Source: Savitreella phatthalungensis (taxonomy: Eukaryota). Taken from it: a stretch of 64,000 bases of DNA. The notes below the pieces were generated by a model. The model had not been told where the DNA came from and searched no databases. It worked only from the letters and a program-made list of their open reading frames with translations. This document shows, piece by piece, positions 32,921 to 43,610 of this stretch; the first letter of the stretch is position 1; the number at the start of each line of letters is the position of its first letter. A program made the translations under genes and the position numbers. The DNA lies in assembly GCA_051599415.1 (NCBI GenBank), contig AP039694.1:434001-498000 (forward strand). The letters are read 5' to 3'.

Positions 32921-33206
32921 AGGCAAGAGCTGAGAACGCTGAACACTGATTCTTTTCCGAGAAATGTGTATGACGTCCTCCTCTGAAGAGTACTCAAGAC
33001 TGGGTTCTCTGGCTGACGCTGCTGGCTCGTGCTAATTTTACCCCACAATCTCTTCCCGGATGCACGGACAGTAAGTATCAATGCTTGATCTCATGTCGAG
33101 AATGGCTTTCTTGTAAAGTACTTACAGAACGTGTTCATCGTCTCTATGCCGTCGACCTGCCTTGACGAGCTGCTTCTATCAATTATTACGACACCGCGGC
33201 CACAGT

Positions 33207-33749
33207 CTAGACCTTTGGCTTGATTCCAATGAACAGTGACTTGCCCTCAGCATAGATCAGACCATCCGGTCCAAGCATCTGTGCAACCACATACCTTTTG
33301 CGGCGTTCGATCTTGGTGACCTGAGCTCTGACCATCAGAATACTCGGGGCTGGGACAGGCGCCCGATAGTCGACTGTGAGATTTCCCGTGAACGAGGGTG
33401 AGTTGTTGAGCATATAGAATTGACATGCTCCCATAATTTCATCGAAAATAACGGCAGTCATGCCACCATGCAGGATATTCGCGTGTCCGTTCATGCCGTT
33501 GCCAATCTCAAGAAACCAGACGAGCTCGCCCATGTCGCCCGAGCCATCGTTCTTCGGCATGCGATGAAGGCTGGCAGCTCTCTTGATGGTCGATTCTGTA
33601 TTTAGTGTGACTGCGATGAAGGAATCCTCCGTGTCACTTTTGGGCGTCCGTGTCTCAAATTTGCCCAGGGTCAAGGTCATGTCTCGTTCTGCGGCGAGAA
33701 CATAATCGCGGACCCAAGTATTTGCGAATGGTTCTAGGCTTGGATGCAT
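33207..33749 (-). CDS. THEM4-like hotdog thioesterase
   Basis: NGHANILHGGMTAVIFDE, TGNLTVDYRAP, ERRK, AEGKSLF. Confidence 0.88.
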   Translation of the reverse strand: MHPSLEPFANTWVRDYVLAAERDMTLTLGKFETRTPKSDTEDSFIAVTLNTESTIKRAASLHRMPKNDGSGDMGELVWFLEIGNGMNGHANILHGGMTAVIFDEIMGACQFYMLNNSPSFTGNLTVDYRAPVPAPSILMVRAQVTKIERRKRYVVAQMLGPDGLIYAEGKSLFIGIKPKV

Positions 33750-34497
33750 TGTGTGTAGTCAAGACTGGCTGAACGTGTAAACGCGCTGAGCGGAAGAGGT
33801 AGCGAGCGTGAATTGGAGGTGTTTTCTCGTCAAAGGAATGTAGCAGCAGACTTTGAATGCTTTGTGTGGAGAGATCGGTCGAGCTATGGCAATCACAAGT
33901 GGAAAACAGCTGTTCTGTCGATCCGGTTATTGGAAGAGCAAGAAGACAGGGAGGAGAACACATGTAAGATGTGTGTTCCAGCTGTGAGAAGTTTGTGGTG
34001 ACTCCACAATTGACAATGACTGGCTTAGATTTTGCAGCTGAAAACTTGGAATGGTAAAGAGTGGCGGCAGTTGCCAAAATTCAGATGTCATCTCCACTTC
34101 CACAATTGACTAGATTAATACTGCAAACTCAACAGCCTGACCAAACCGAGAATAAAAATAAAAATAATTCAAGTTTGATTAATTCAGGAATATTCAGCTG
34201 ACATATCTATGCATGTTGATCGAGCGAACAGATATTTTATGAATTTACATGTGCATGTGCATATATGTCCATGTGCATCGGAGGTTGATCGAGATACACA
34301 TGTACAGGTAGATGCACGATCGATCGAAGCTTTGACTACGTGACATCAGCGACACATCCCTTTCAACGGTCACTTTCCTCCACTTACCATCACCACAACA
34401 AGGCTCAATACCGATTTCCTATTCACTGGGATACCTGATTTACTCTTCCACTCTTTCAACATCATACCACAAGTCATCAATCTCATCATCCATAGAC

Positions 34498-35544
34498 ATG
34501 CCTGCGTGGTATGAACCATATCTGGACGGAGGCTACATCCCGATTCCTGTCCTGCGCTACGGCATCCGGCGCGAGCTACAGGTTCGCATCAATGAGATCA
34601 CCTACAACAACGTCGAAGACTCATTACGCGACAAGCTCGACTTTGTCAGACAGCTGCGTGAGCGACCTATCGCCATCAACACCGATGATGCCAACAAGCA
34701 GCACTACGAGGTCTCTACTGAGTTCATCCAGATGTGCCTCGGCCCGCGGATGAAGTACTCCTGCTGTCTCTTCCCAACTGGCAAAGAATCGTTGGCAGAA
34801 GCCGAGGAAAAGATGCTTGCTCTCTACGTCGAGCGCGCAGGTCTCAGGCCTGGCATGAAGATCCTCGATCTTGGCTGTGGCTGGGGATCACTCTCACTCT
34901 ATCTCGCAGAAAAATTTCCGACCTCATCCATCACCTCCCTCTCAAACTCGCGCACCCAGAAGATCTTCATCGATGAGCAGGCTCGCCAAAAAGGGTTCAA
35001 GAACCTGACCGTCGTCACAGGCGACGTCAAGGACTACGACGACTTCAAGCCTGGCTCGTTTGACCGGGTTCTGTCGATCGAGATGTTTGAGCACATGAAG
35101 AACTATGCGTTCCTCCTGCGGAAGGTATCGAAATGGCTGGCGGATGAGGGCAAGCTGTTTGTTCACATCTTCTGCCACAAGGCGCAACCTTACGACTACA
35201 AGGACGGTGACGGCTGGATGACGGACTATTTCTTCACCGGCGGCACGATGCCCTCCTCCGACCTCTTCCTCTACTTCCAGGACGACCTCGCAATCGAGCA
35301 GCACTGGGCAGTCAACGGCAAGCACTACGCTCAGACGTGTGAGGAGTGGCTCAAGCTGCAGCTCGCGCACCGCAAGCAAGCGGAACCCCATCTCGAGAAG
35401 ACCTACGGCAAGGGCGAAGTCACCAGATGGTACAACCGCTGGATCGTCTTCTACCTCGCCTGCGCGGAACTCTTTGCTTGGGACAATGGCAATGAGTGGT
35501 ACGTCGGCCACTACTTATTCAGCAAGAAGCAGGTCGCAAAGTAG
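34498..35544 (+). CDS. SAM-dependent methyltransferase, CMAS/coclaurine N-methyltransferase-like
   Basis: ANKQHYEV, LGPRMKYS, ILDLGCGWGS, SNSRTQ, SIEMFEHMKNY, FFTGGTMPS. Confidence 0.92.
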   Translation: MPAWYEPYLDGGYIPIPVLRYGIRRELQVRINEITYNNVEDSLRDKLDFVRQLRERPIAINTDDANKQHYEVSTEFIQMCLGPRMKYSCCLFPTGKESLAEAEEKMLALYVERAGLRPGMKILDLGCGWGSLSLYLAEKFPTSSITSLSNSRTQKIFIDEQARQKGFKNLTVVTGDVKDYDDFKPGSFDRVLSIEMFEHMKNYAFLLRKVSKWLADEGKLFVHIFCHKAQPYDYKDGDGWMTDYFFTGGTMPSSDLFLYFQDDLAIEQHWAVNGKHYAQTCEEWLKLQLAHRKQAEPHLEKTYGKGEVTRWYNRWIVFYLACAELFAWDNGNEWYVGHYLFSKKQVAK

Positions 35545-35636
35545 GTTCGTATCGTCGTCCTCTTCCCACCTCAGATAATCTTTTAGATCCTTACAGTATT
35601 CTTATGAATAATATACCCCATACAGTAGTACTCCTG

Positions 35637-37103
35637 TCAAGGTCGAGCGACGATGGTCGTGTCAATACTTTCTTCCAACCATGTTTTGAATTGGGAATCA
35701 CCACGTCCAAACACTAATCCTGTCTCCGATCCGGCAGTGAACAAACCCTCGACAACCGATTCTGCCTCGTCGACAACAGTGCGGCTGGCGGTCTGATCGG
35801 ATGACGCATAAGTTTCTTTGGCGTCTGGAGGAAGCTTGATGAATGCGATGGTGGCTGTTGTGTCGGTGACTTTGCCTGCGAGAAGATCAGCTGTGGTGTG
35901 AGAGGGTGTCCTTACGGCGGTCGGATCATCGTAGTGCAGTCGCAACTTGTCACCTTCAGACACTTTGTACCCGCCGTTCAGCGCGATACTGCCTTTCCCA
36001 GGATCACCAGACGTCACTTTGATCACCGGACGGAACGGCTCGGACGCGGTCTTATCCGCGTGGGTGACCGTGTCGCCAGCATGGAACACCTCGCCGTAGA
36101 GCTCGACGTCCTTCGATAGACGTTGATCTTTCTCGAGCACACCGTTCAATTGAGCGAGAAGAGCGTAGGTAGCTGGGGCGCCATCGAGAGAGATCAGGAT
36201 GTTGCCCTGACACTTGTCGATCTTGAGGTGCGACGCATCCGGAGCTGCGAGTGCACGAAGTCGTTGACGAGTGACGTGGCGAGCGGCGAACGCTCGGCGG
36301 AATGCCAGTGCTATGCCACCAGATTCGATCATGTGTCCATTCAACGCCACGGTCATTCGGCGACCTGTGAGAAATGGCGTCTCCGCCGCTAGGACACCGA
36401 CCTTCTCTGCATTCGGTAGCAGTGTTGTTGGCCAATCGACCGAGCCGAAATGCCGATCGCCGACAATCACAGCAGCGGAGAAGTCGGTTTCTGCGGAAGT
36501 AGCCAGGTTTCGCTCTAGCGTCGACCCACGATCTGTGCCGCTGAGGATGTCTTTCCAGCTCCGTCCTTCAGGATCCCACTCGCTCGCATCGTCATTATCT
36601 TTCTCGTCGGCACTAATTCGGTGTGACTCGCCCTGATCTTTCCATGCGCGGCCAAGCGAAATCGTTCGATCTTCCTCATCGTCAAACTTGACGAACTTCG
36701 CTCGCTCATCCTCAGAGACAAGCAGCAGAGAAACACTGCTTGTCGGAGAAGAGGAAGTGCTATCTGGCAGAGCAATGTCGTCTACCACAGCACAAGCCAC
36801 ATCAATGAACTCCGTCCCAGTGGCGGCGGTAATGTGCTTCTTCGCCCAGTTGCCCAAGTCCGGAACGCCTCCTCCACTAGCAAAGTAGGACTTACTCAAA
36901 AGTAGCAGCGCGTGAGAGGGCATATCGTTACTATCATAGCCATGATGAGGTGCCGAAGCTCGTCTGACGGCAGTGTCTAATGCATGTGTCAGATCAGAAT
37001 GTGTGACAGTACACGCTGTCATGATGGATCTCCGTCCCACATTGCCAATCCGAGGTGTAAGCGAGCGACGGAAGGATCTCTCAGCTATCCGGCGAGTTAT
37101 CAT
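35637..37103 (-). CDS. Probable mitochondrial protein with a FIST-like domain
   Basis: Arg-rich N-terminal presequence; GVLAAETPFLTGR..GGIALAF; GNILISLDGAPA; GDPGKGSIAL. Confidence 0.65.
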   Translation of the reverse strand: MITRRIAERSFRRSLTPRIGNVGRRSIMTACTVTHSDLTHALDTAVRRASAPHHGYDSNDMPSHALLLLSKSYFASGGGVPDLGNWAKKHITAATGTEFIDVACAVVDDIALPDSTSSSPTSSVSLLLVSEDERAKFVKFDDEEDRTISLGRAWKDQGESHRISADEKDNDDASEWDPEGRSWKDILSGTDRGSTLERNLATSAETDFSAAVIVGDRHFGSVDWPTTLLPNAEKVGVLAAETPFLTGRRMTVALNGHMIESGGIALAFRRAFAARHVTRQRLRALAAPDASHLKIDKCQGNILISLDGAPATYALLAQLNGVLEKDQRLSKDVELYGEVFHAGDTVTHADKTASEPFRPVIKVTSGDPGKGSIALNGGYKVSEGDKLRLHYDDPTAVRTPSHTTADLLAGKVTDTTATIAFIKLPPDAKETYASSDQTASRTVVDEAESVVEGLFTAGSETGLVFGRGDSQFKTWLEESIDTTIVARP

Positions 37104-37412
37104 CTTGGGTGTATGCTCCTGGCGTTCTCTCTAAAAGCTTCTATATGCTGACCTGTGCATCTTCGTGCAAGCGTGAGTGAGTGTTTAGGTGACTGATTTG
37201 TCCGACTTATGAGGTCACCGTTCACATTTCGGGTCTGCTCAATCGATGCATGGGATCAATCTTCGTTGATCAATAATTGATCTTCTTTCCATCAACCAAC
37301 AACATGGCTACACAAACAGCTAGCTTCACTTTATCTACACGCGTGCCTGCGGTCACCGAAGAGTCCAGGCAAACGGTGATCAAGGACGATCTCTTAGTGA
37401 CTATTCGGAGCC

Positions 37413-38809
37413 ATGGTCGTCGCTGCTGCTGGCAAGCTCAAGAACCCTTCAGCTGATTCCGGGCGTGTGGAGAAGCACACAGCAGATGAGCCGATCTCTC
37501 GCTCGACACTACTGACACTTGCACTCGGCATCAAGCTCCTCTTGGCTGAAGGATAGTAAGCAAATTTTCTCCTGCGGGTACAGGCCTGGTGAGCATAGAA
37601 TTGACATGGCATAGTCGTTCCACCGACTTCGAGGTACATCGAAATTGGCTGGCAATAACCTACTCCTTGCCGCTCAGGGAGTGGTACTACGAGAAGACAT
37701 CCGAGTGGACGCTCGATTATCCGCCATTCTTTGCATATGGCGAGTGGTTGTTCTCCCAGGTGGGTGCTCTCGTGGACGAGGGGATGGTACAGGTGAAGAA
37801 TCTGAATTATGCTTCGAGGTCCACGGTTTGGTTCCAGCGGGGTACAGTGATGCTCACGGAATTGGCACTGATTGCTGCAGATCAAGACATCGCTCTCATG
37901 CCGGCCTGGATCATCCTCGATCACTCTCACTTCCAGTACAACGGAGCAATGTACGGATTATTGATCTACGCGATGCGTGAGAGATCTGCATGGGCGTTTG
38001 CCACATTGCTTTGCTTCAAGCACATCTACGCCTATTTGGCACCGGCGTTCTTTGTGTATTTCCTGCGTACGATCGTTTTTGAGCGTCCATCCCGGATACC
38101 GAGACTCGCTCTAGAAGTCATCATTCCAGCTGGCCTTGCATTCGGTCCGTTTGCTCACGACATGCCGCAAGTCCTGTCACGGCTATTCCCTTTCAGCCGT
38201 GGCCTTACTCATGCATACTGGGCCCCGAATGTCTGGGCAATCTACTGTGCAGCCGACCGCGTGCTCGGACGTGCTCTCGGCAAGACGGTCGCAAGCACAA
38301 CGCGGGGACTCGTGGGAGATACGGTTTTCGCCGTCCTTCCCAACATTACTCCACGAATCACATTCACGCTTACGCTAGCCTGTCAGATTCCAGTGCTCAT
38401 GAAGCTGTTCGGAAATCCGCGGAAACACCTAGCGGGCGCTGTGACGTTATGCGGATTCGCCTCGTTCTTGTTCGGCTGGCACGTACACGAGAAGGCCGTG
38501 CTGATAGCGATTGTGCCAGGACTGCTGTGGATGTCAAACCACAGCGCAATGAAAATCTTGGTCGAAGCAGGACATTTTGCGCTACTTCCTTTGCTACCAA
38601 TGCACGAAAGATTGATTGCGCTCGGAATCGTGCTGATTTACCTGCTTGTAAAGTACGGCAAGGTGTCTATCTGGTATGCGCCTGCGGTGGCGCTTCTGCT
38701 CGTTCCGACGACAAACTTCCTGCCTCTACTCGTGACAAGTGTCACGTGTGCAGTAGCGATCCTCTACAGCTGGGTGATGCTCAATATTGCATACTTCTCA
38801 AACGCTTAG
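37413..38809 (+). CDS. ALG8: Dolichyl-PP-oligosaccharide alpha-1,3-glucosyltransferase ALG8, 2 exons
   Basis: Intron 37556-37614 restores YRSTDFEVHRNWLAIT; WTLDYPPFFAY, DHSHFQYNG, RLFPFSRGLTHAYWAPN, GWHVHEKA. Confidence 0.93.
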
Positions 38810-39045
38810 CAGGAGGTGTGACAAACATTCAGCCACCTCAATACCACACTCACGAGTCACTATACAGCCTTTGCATGGGCTGGGTAGTCCTGGACTTATA
38901 TGCGATAATTCTGAGGCCCTTGAAGCTTCGAGACTGGCAGGAGACTACGCCGGCAATGATGTACGCACGCGCACATGCACGCGAAGCTGGCAAGCAGCGT
39001 CCAGACGTGGATTATGTCAAGAGAGCTATGGCCTCCAGGTTACCC

Positions 39046-39061
39046 GGGGGGGGGGGGGGGG
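39046..39061. repeat. G16 homopolymer
   Basis: Read directly. Confidence 0.9.
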
Positions 39062-39300
39062 CGGCACCGTCACCTTTGCTCGGCGCACAGACATCCAGGA
39101 ATTAGATCTACCTAGCGGGATCTATGGAAACTGCAATAAATCAATTATTTATGAACTAGCTAATCACAAATAGCTCAGGCGAGCTGGAAAGTATAATAAA
39201 CTTTGTTCAGTGCATCAACTTCCATACGCACAGATGGGCATATGCACATACACCCACGTACATGCTCATATACACACGTACTGTACGTAAACTCGATTTC

Positions 39301-39377
39301 ACTCACTTACTCACTCACTCACTCACACTAATTCACTGCATCTCTCACACATGCACATGCACATGCACATGCACATG
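39301..39377. repeat. (CACT)n followed by (CACATG)5, upstream of the Ras-GEF gene
   Basis: actcacttactcactcactcactcac; cacatg x5 at 39348-39377. Confidence 0.85.
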
Positions 39378-39870
39378 TACAACTTCTGATTCACGCATAC
39401 ACAAATACATCCACCCAACCAGATACGACCTCCTCTAATACCTTTCTTGCTTCTTCCTACACAAACCTCACGGAGTCGCCGTGCGGATCCTAGTTCGCCG
39501 TGCTTATTCTAGAAGCGGGGCTTTGAGCAGAGTGAAACTAGCATCTCTCTCGACGTCAGCGTCGTCAGCAGCAGTATCATTATCATAAAGCTGGTTCGAG
39601 AAGAGGGCAAGCGTGCACATCAGCTGCCCTGCGCCAAACGCTAGACGCTATTTGCATCACATATACAGCACTTGACTACAGCCACCTATATATCGTCCGC
39701 CTGACGCACACGCACTATCATCTACATTCACGCTTACGACCTCGCACACAATTGCAAAGATCAACACATGAACGCCTACATTGACGCATCACTAGACCTC
39801 ATAACCTGCCCTGGCCCTTTCTAGCAACAAGTGACACTCCATTCAACCTCAACATACGCACACGCGAATC

Positions 39871-42096
39871 ATGACATTTGTACGAGCACTGTATGCATAC
39901 CAAGCTCCAGACGATTCGGGCTTAAACTTCGAGCGCGGCGATGTTATTCAAGTCCTCAACGTCCTTCCATCCGGTTGGTGGGATGGCTACCTGAACGGCA
40001 AGCGAGGATGGTTTCCGAGCAATTTTGTCGAACCTGAGGAGCGACGCAAGCGGCAGCACAGACCGCCACCCCTCGATCTATCTGCTGCACAAGTCGCCTT
40101 GCACAACGGTACAGGACCCAACCTTATCAATAACACGATCCCTTCACCGCACATCTCCGTCGCGCGTGCATGGGTATCGCAGCTCCGTGGAGCTGTTGGC
40201 AAGCTCCAGCTCGGTGATTTACAGCAGGTCGAGATCATTAGAGGCATCATCGCTCAGATCTCTCATGGCACCGGTGGCCTGCCTCGCGAAATCATGAGCG
40301 CTCTCTCGAAGTTGACCCTGGCCGGTCCAGAGGAGATAGTGCGCGAGGCAGAGATTCTCGTGACATCTACAGATCGCTACCTCGAAACTGTCGACCATGT
40401 CGAGCCCGCCAGACCGGTTATGCTTGCGCAGAAGCAGAGCGGCGGTGCATGGCGCACCACTGGTTCTCAGCCAATCTCTGAAGAAGCAGTCATGCAACTA
40501 GAGTCTCTTTCGCGCCTCGTTAGAAGTGAGATTCAATCGACGCGGATAAAGGCAAGATCAGAACATCCCTCGGTCGTTGTCAGAGACGTCCTTGAGCTGC
40601 TTACCCCAGTCAAAGAGTTCTTGAAAGCTTGTGAGCAACTCGATCTTTCCGCACTCGATGCCATACCAGCTGCAGGACTTACGCAATCTCCGACGGTGCT
40701 CGACTTTGTCAAAACGAAGCAAGCACTCTACGATACGGTCGCGGACGTGGTGGTTGAGACGCAGAATCTGACCGCACCACATGTCGACAGATTTGAAGCT
40801 GGCTATATCGTGAGCGGCGCATTGAGTGACCTCGAGCACAGCATGCAGAGCATTCTGATGAATGCAGAGTTCCTTGTACAGGAGTTGAATGTCAAATACA
40901 CGCCCGCACGGCGTGACCCAGAACCACCGGCGACCGGCGACGTCCTCCTCGACACGAAAGGCAACATCCGCGCCGGCACGCTGTCGGCACTCGTTGACCG
41001 TCTCGTGCGCGAGGACGCTCCGGCTGATCCAAACTATCTCAGCACATTCTTGCTGACGTACAAGCTATTCACAAATGGCCCAGAGCTCGGAGGACATTTG
41101 CTTCGCCGCTACGTAGATGGCAACAGACGAACGGTTGAGGTGTTGAGAACCTGGCTTGAGCAGTACTTTGTTGAGCCTCCTAACACACCAGAGACTCGTC
41201 AGCTGCTGAACGATATTCGTGGGCTGGGCGAAGCCGTTCTTGCAGAACCCGTCAGTGATCGGATACAAGGCCGCCCTCTGCGGACGCTAGCTGCTGAGCC
41301 GACGTCAGTTGGGGCACCACAGCCTATCTTGCCGCGCAGTCTTCGTAAGGTGAAATTACTCGAAGTCGACCCGCTCGAGATTGCGCGTCAATTGACCATC
41401 CTGGAAAGCAGCCTGTATGCGAAAATCCAGCCGATGGAATGCCTGGAGAAGGTCTGGACAGGCAACATCAAGGACTTGATTCGACAAACGAACGAGATCA
41501 CGGCTTGGGTGGCAGAGGCAATCCTCTACCAACTGGATCCGAAGAAGCGAGTTGCGCTGATCCGCCACTTCATCCACGTCGCCATCCACTGTCGCAGCCT
41601 GAAAAACTTCTCGTCTCTTGTGGCAATCATCTCGGGCCTCAACAGTGCCCCGATCTACCGCCTGCGACGAACATGGGAGCTGCTCAATGCTCGCAGTTAT
41701 CAACAACTCGACGACATGAACACGCTGATGAACTCGAGTAAAAACTTCCTTAATTACAGGGACGCCCTCCACCAGGTTCAACCACCCTGTCTACCTTTCC
41801 TCGGCGTCTATCTGACCGATCTGACGTTCATCGCCGACGGAAACCCTGACCTACTCCGGAACATGATCAACGTGTCGAAGCACGCGAAGACGGCAGAGGT
41901 GATCAGGGACATCCTCGCTTACCAGAGCATGCCATACGCCTTGCAGGAAGTGCCTGAGATCCAGCGGTACATCCGATCGTGTCTAGCGGTGACGAGAGAC
42001 ATCACCCACCTGTACGCCATCTCGCTTGAGCGTGAGCCTCGTGAGCGCGAGGACGAGAAAATCGCTCGCCTTCTCCAGGAATCCGGATTCCTATAG
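39871..42096 (+). CDS. Ras guanine-nucleotide exchange factor (Cdc25/Ste6-like): SH3, REM and CDC25 domains
   Basis: SH3 FVRALYAY..LNFERGDVI..GWWDG..RGWFPSNFV; AGTLSALV; FLLTY; EIARQLT; NFSSLVAIISGL; PPCLPFLGVYLTDL. Confidence 0.93.
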   Translation: MTFVRALYAYQAPDDSGLNFERGDVIQVLNVLPSGWWDGYLNGKRGWFPSNFVEPEERRKRQHRPPPLDLSAAQVALHNGTGPNLINNTIPSPHISVARAWVSQLRGAVGKLQLGDLQQVEIIRGIIAQISHGTGGLPREIMSALSKLTLAGPEEIVREAEILVTSTDRYLETVDHVEPARPVMLAQKQSGGAWRTTGSQPISEEAVMQLESLSRLVRSEIQSTRIKARSEHPSVVVRDVLELLTPVKEFLKACEQLDLSALDAIPAAGLTQSPTVLDFVKTKQALYDTVADVVVETQNLTAPHVDRFEAGYIVSGALSDLEHSMQSILMNAEFLVQELNVKYTPARRDPEPPATGDVLLDTKGNIRAGTLSALVDRLVREDAPADPNYLSTFLLTYKLFTNGPELGGHLLRRYVDGNRRTVEVLRTWLEQYFVEPPNTPETRQLLNDIRGLGEAVLAEPVSDRIQGRPLRTLAAEPTSVGAPQPILPRSLRKVKLLEVDPLEIARQLTILESSLYAKIQPMECLEKVWTGNIKDLIRQTNEITAWVAEAILYQLDPKKRVALIRHFIHVAIHCRSLKNFSSLVAIISGLNSAPIYRLRRTWELLNARSYQQLDDMNTLMNSSKNFLNYRDALHQVQPPCLPFLGVYLTDLTFIADGNPDLLRNMINVSKHAKTAEVIRDILAYQSMPYALQEVPEIQRYIRSCLAVTRDITHLYAISLEREPREREDEKIARLLQESGFL

Positions 42097-42130
42097 CCAT
42101 TTACCCCCCAATCATATATACAGATCATTC

Positions 42131-42412
42131 CTATACACCCACTCCAGCTCCCGCACCAGACAAAGCCATCGTGATTTCCGCAGAACCGCGTACAAGTCTT
42201 CCTAGCTCGACTATCTTGCCTGTCCTGTAGACCAAGTTGATTCCAGCGGCTGGTGGTGTTGATCCACGTGGCACCTTGACCTGCGCAACCACCTTGAACC
42301 GCTGACCGTCCCTGCCAGCACGCTGGCCGATCGTCATCGTCGCTGAAGGAAATGTCATCACTACTTTCCTAGCCTCACGAAGAAATCCCTCGACATCCGT
42401 AAACGTTCTCAT
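42131..42412 (-). CDS. Signal recognition particle Alu-domain subunit, SRP9/SRP21-like
   Basis: Small basic protein; F..VEGFLREAR..FP N-terminus and LVYRTGKIVELGRLV, resembling the SRP9/21 LKYRT..K..E.GRL motif. Confidence 0.6.
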   Translation of the reverse strand: MRTFTDVEGFLREARKVVMTFPSATMTIGQRAGRDGQRFKVVAQVKVPRGSTPPAAGINLVYRTGKIVELGRLVRGSAEITMALSGAGAGVGV

Positions 42413-42698
42413 CGCGCTCCCACGATCACCCGATCTGGAGTTGAAGGTTGTGCGGTGAGGATGTTTGTGTGATGTGTAGCGGACGCTCACAAGTGATTTT
42501 TGTGTAGAAACTAGCCGATTAGATATGCGCATCCATCGCACGAACAGGGTCGAGGAGATGTATAGAATAGATTTTATAAAAAAGATTATAGAAGAGAAAA
42601 ACGGGAGAAAAAGGGAGACGATCTACGGGGTATGATTAGACCAGATACACCTATATCGATCTGAGATCCGTCAATCGTGGTACTCCTTGGGGGGTTGT

Positions 42699-43253
42699 TT
42701 AGAACGTGGAGCCTTGTCTGGGTCGGGTGTTTGACATTGCGCCGCTGCCCCAGAGTTGCCTGTAGGAGGTGATGAGTCTCTGTACGGTTCTTGACATTGT
42801 CTGATCTGCGACTTGATGTGCTGAGAGTGTTGACATCATGTTGTTGAAGCCGTCGATTTCCTCGGGCGCAGAGTCGGCAGACAAGGCCTTGAAGCCCATC
42901 GTCCATTCGCCGAAATCACGCTTGGCAATCTCGCGCCGGAGAAGGCGGAGGACACCACGGTGGCGGACGTCAAGTGAGATCCGCTCGTACAACGCGTCCA
43001 CCTGGTGTGCAGGACCCTCTAGAAACTGGATGAAGTTTCCATCGTGGTAGAGCAGGAGGCCTGTGACGTTGCGTTTTATGTTGTTGCGGCGGGAAGCCGC
43101 CAGGATAGAGACAAGCTCCGAGTCTTCCAACAGGTGTTCTGCCGATGACAGGTACACGAGTTGGTAGAGCTTCTCCCCGTTCAGATTTGAGTCGTTGTCC
43201 GTCGGGGCGATGGCATTTTCAGCTGCCGCGTGATTGACTGCTTCTGAGGTCAT
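42699..43253 (-). CDS. Stand-alone BLUF-domain (flavin blue-light sensor) protein
   Basis: LYQLVYLS (Tyr), ILAASRRNN, VTGLLLY, FIQFLEG (Gln), LYERISLDVRH, RDFGEWTMGF (Trp/Met). Intronless. Confidence 0.93.
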   Translation of the reverse strand: MTSEAVNHAAAENAIAPTDNDSNLNGEKLYQLVYLSSAEHLLEDSELVSILAASRRNNIKRNVTGLLLYHDGNFIQFLEGPAHQVDALYERISLDVRHRGVLRLLRREIAKRDFGEWTMGFKALSADSAPEEIDGFNNMMSTLSAHQVADQTMSRTVQRLITSYRQLWGSGAMSNTRPRQGSTF

Positions 43254-43610
43254 GATGCAAATGCTGTGAAGTGATGCGGTGGACGTACGCCCGAGCTGAT
43301 ATACACGCGATAGATATGTGACTTGCTTTGAGACAGGTCTACTGATTAGATCTGAGGCGCTCCCGTGGTTATCCCAAACGTGCGTCAGAACTCAAGGCAG
43401 ACTACGCGCGACCGCTGGCTGTTGCCCTTTAATTACCAAACTGCAAGGGAAGAGCGCGATGTTGCGTAGCGTGATGCAATGTAATGCGGCGTGACCTTGT
43501 GACTCTGGGAATGAACAGGAGTGTACGAGCAACGTTCGCGAGGACGATGCGATGTATGCGTCACTAGGAATGCGAGAGCAGTAATGACGATTCTTCCTGC
43601 AGAAAGTGTG

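Noticed and set aside
38449..39173. ORFs spanning the G16 run, considered as a slippage or phase-variable gene
   Set aside because: They overlap ALG8 in other frames and have no protein-like character.
42413..42541. In-frame basic N-terminal extension of the SRP9/21-like gene resembling a presequence
   Set aside because: No rationale for this protein, and it probably lies upstream of the TSS.
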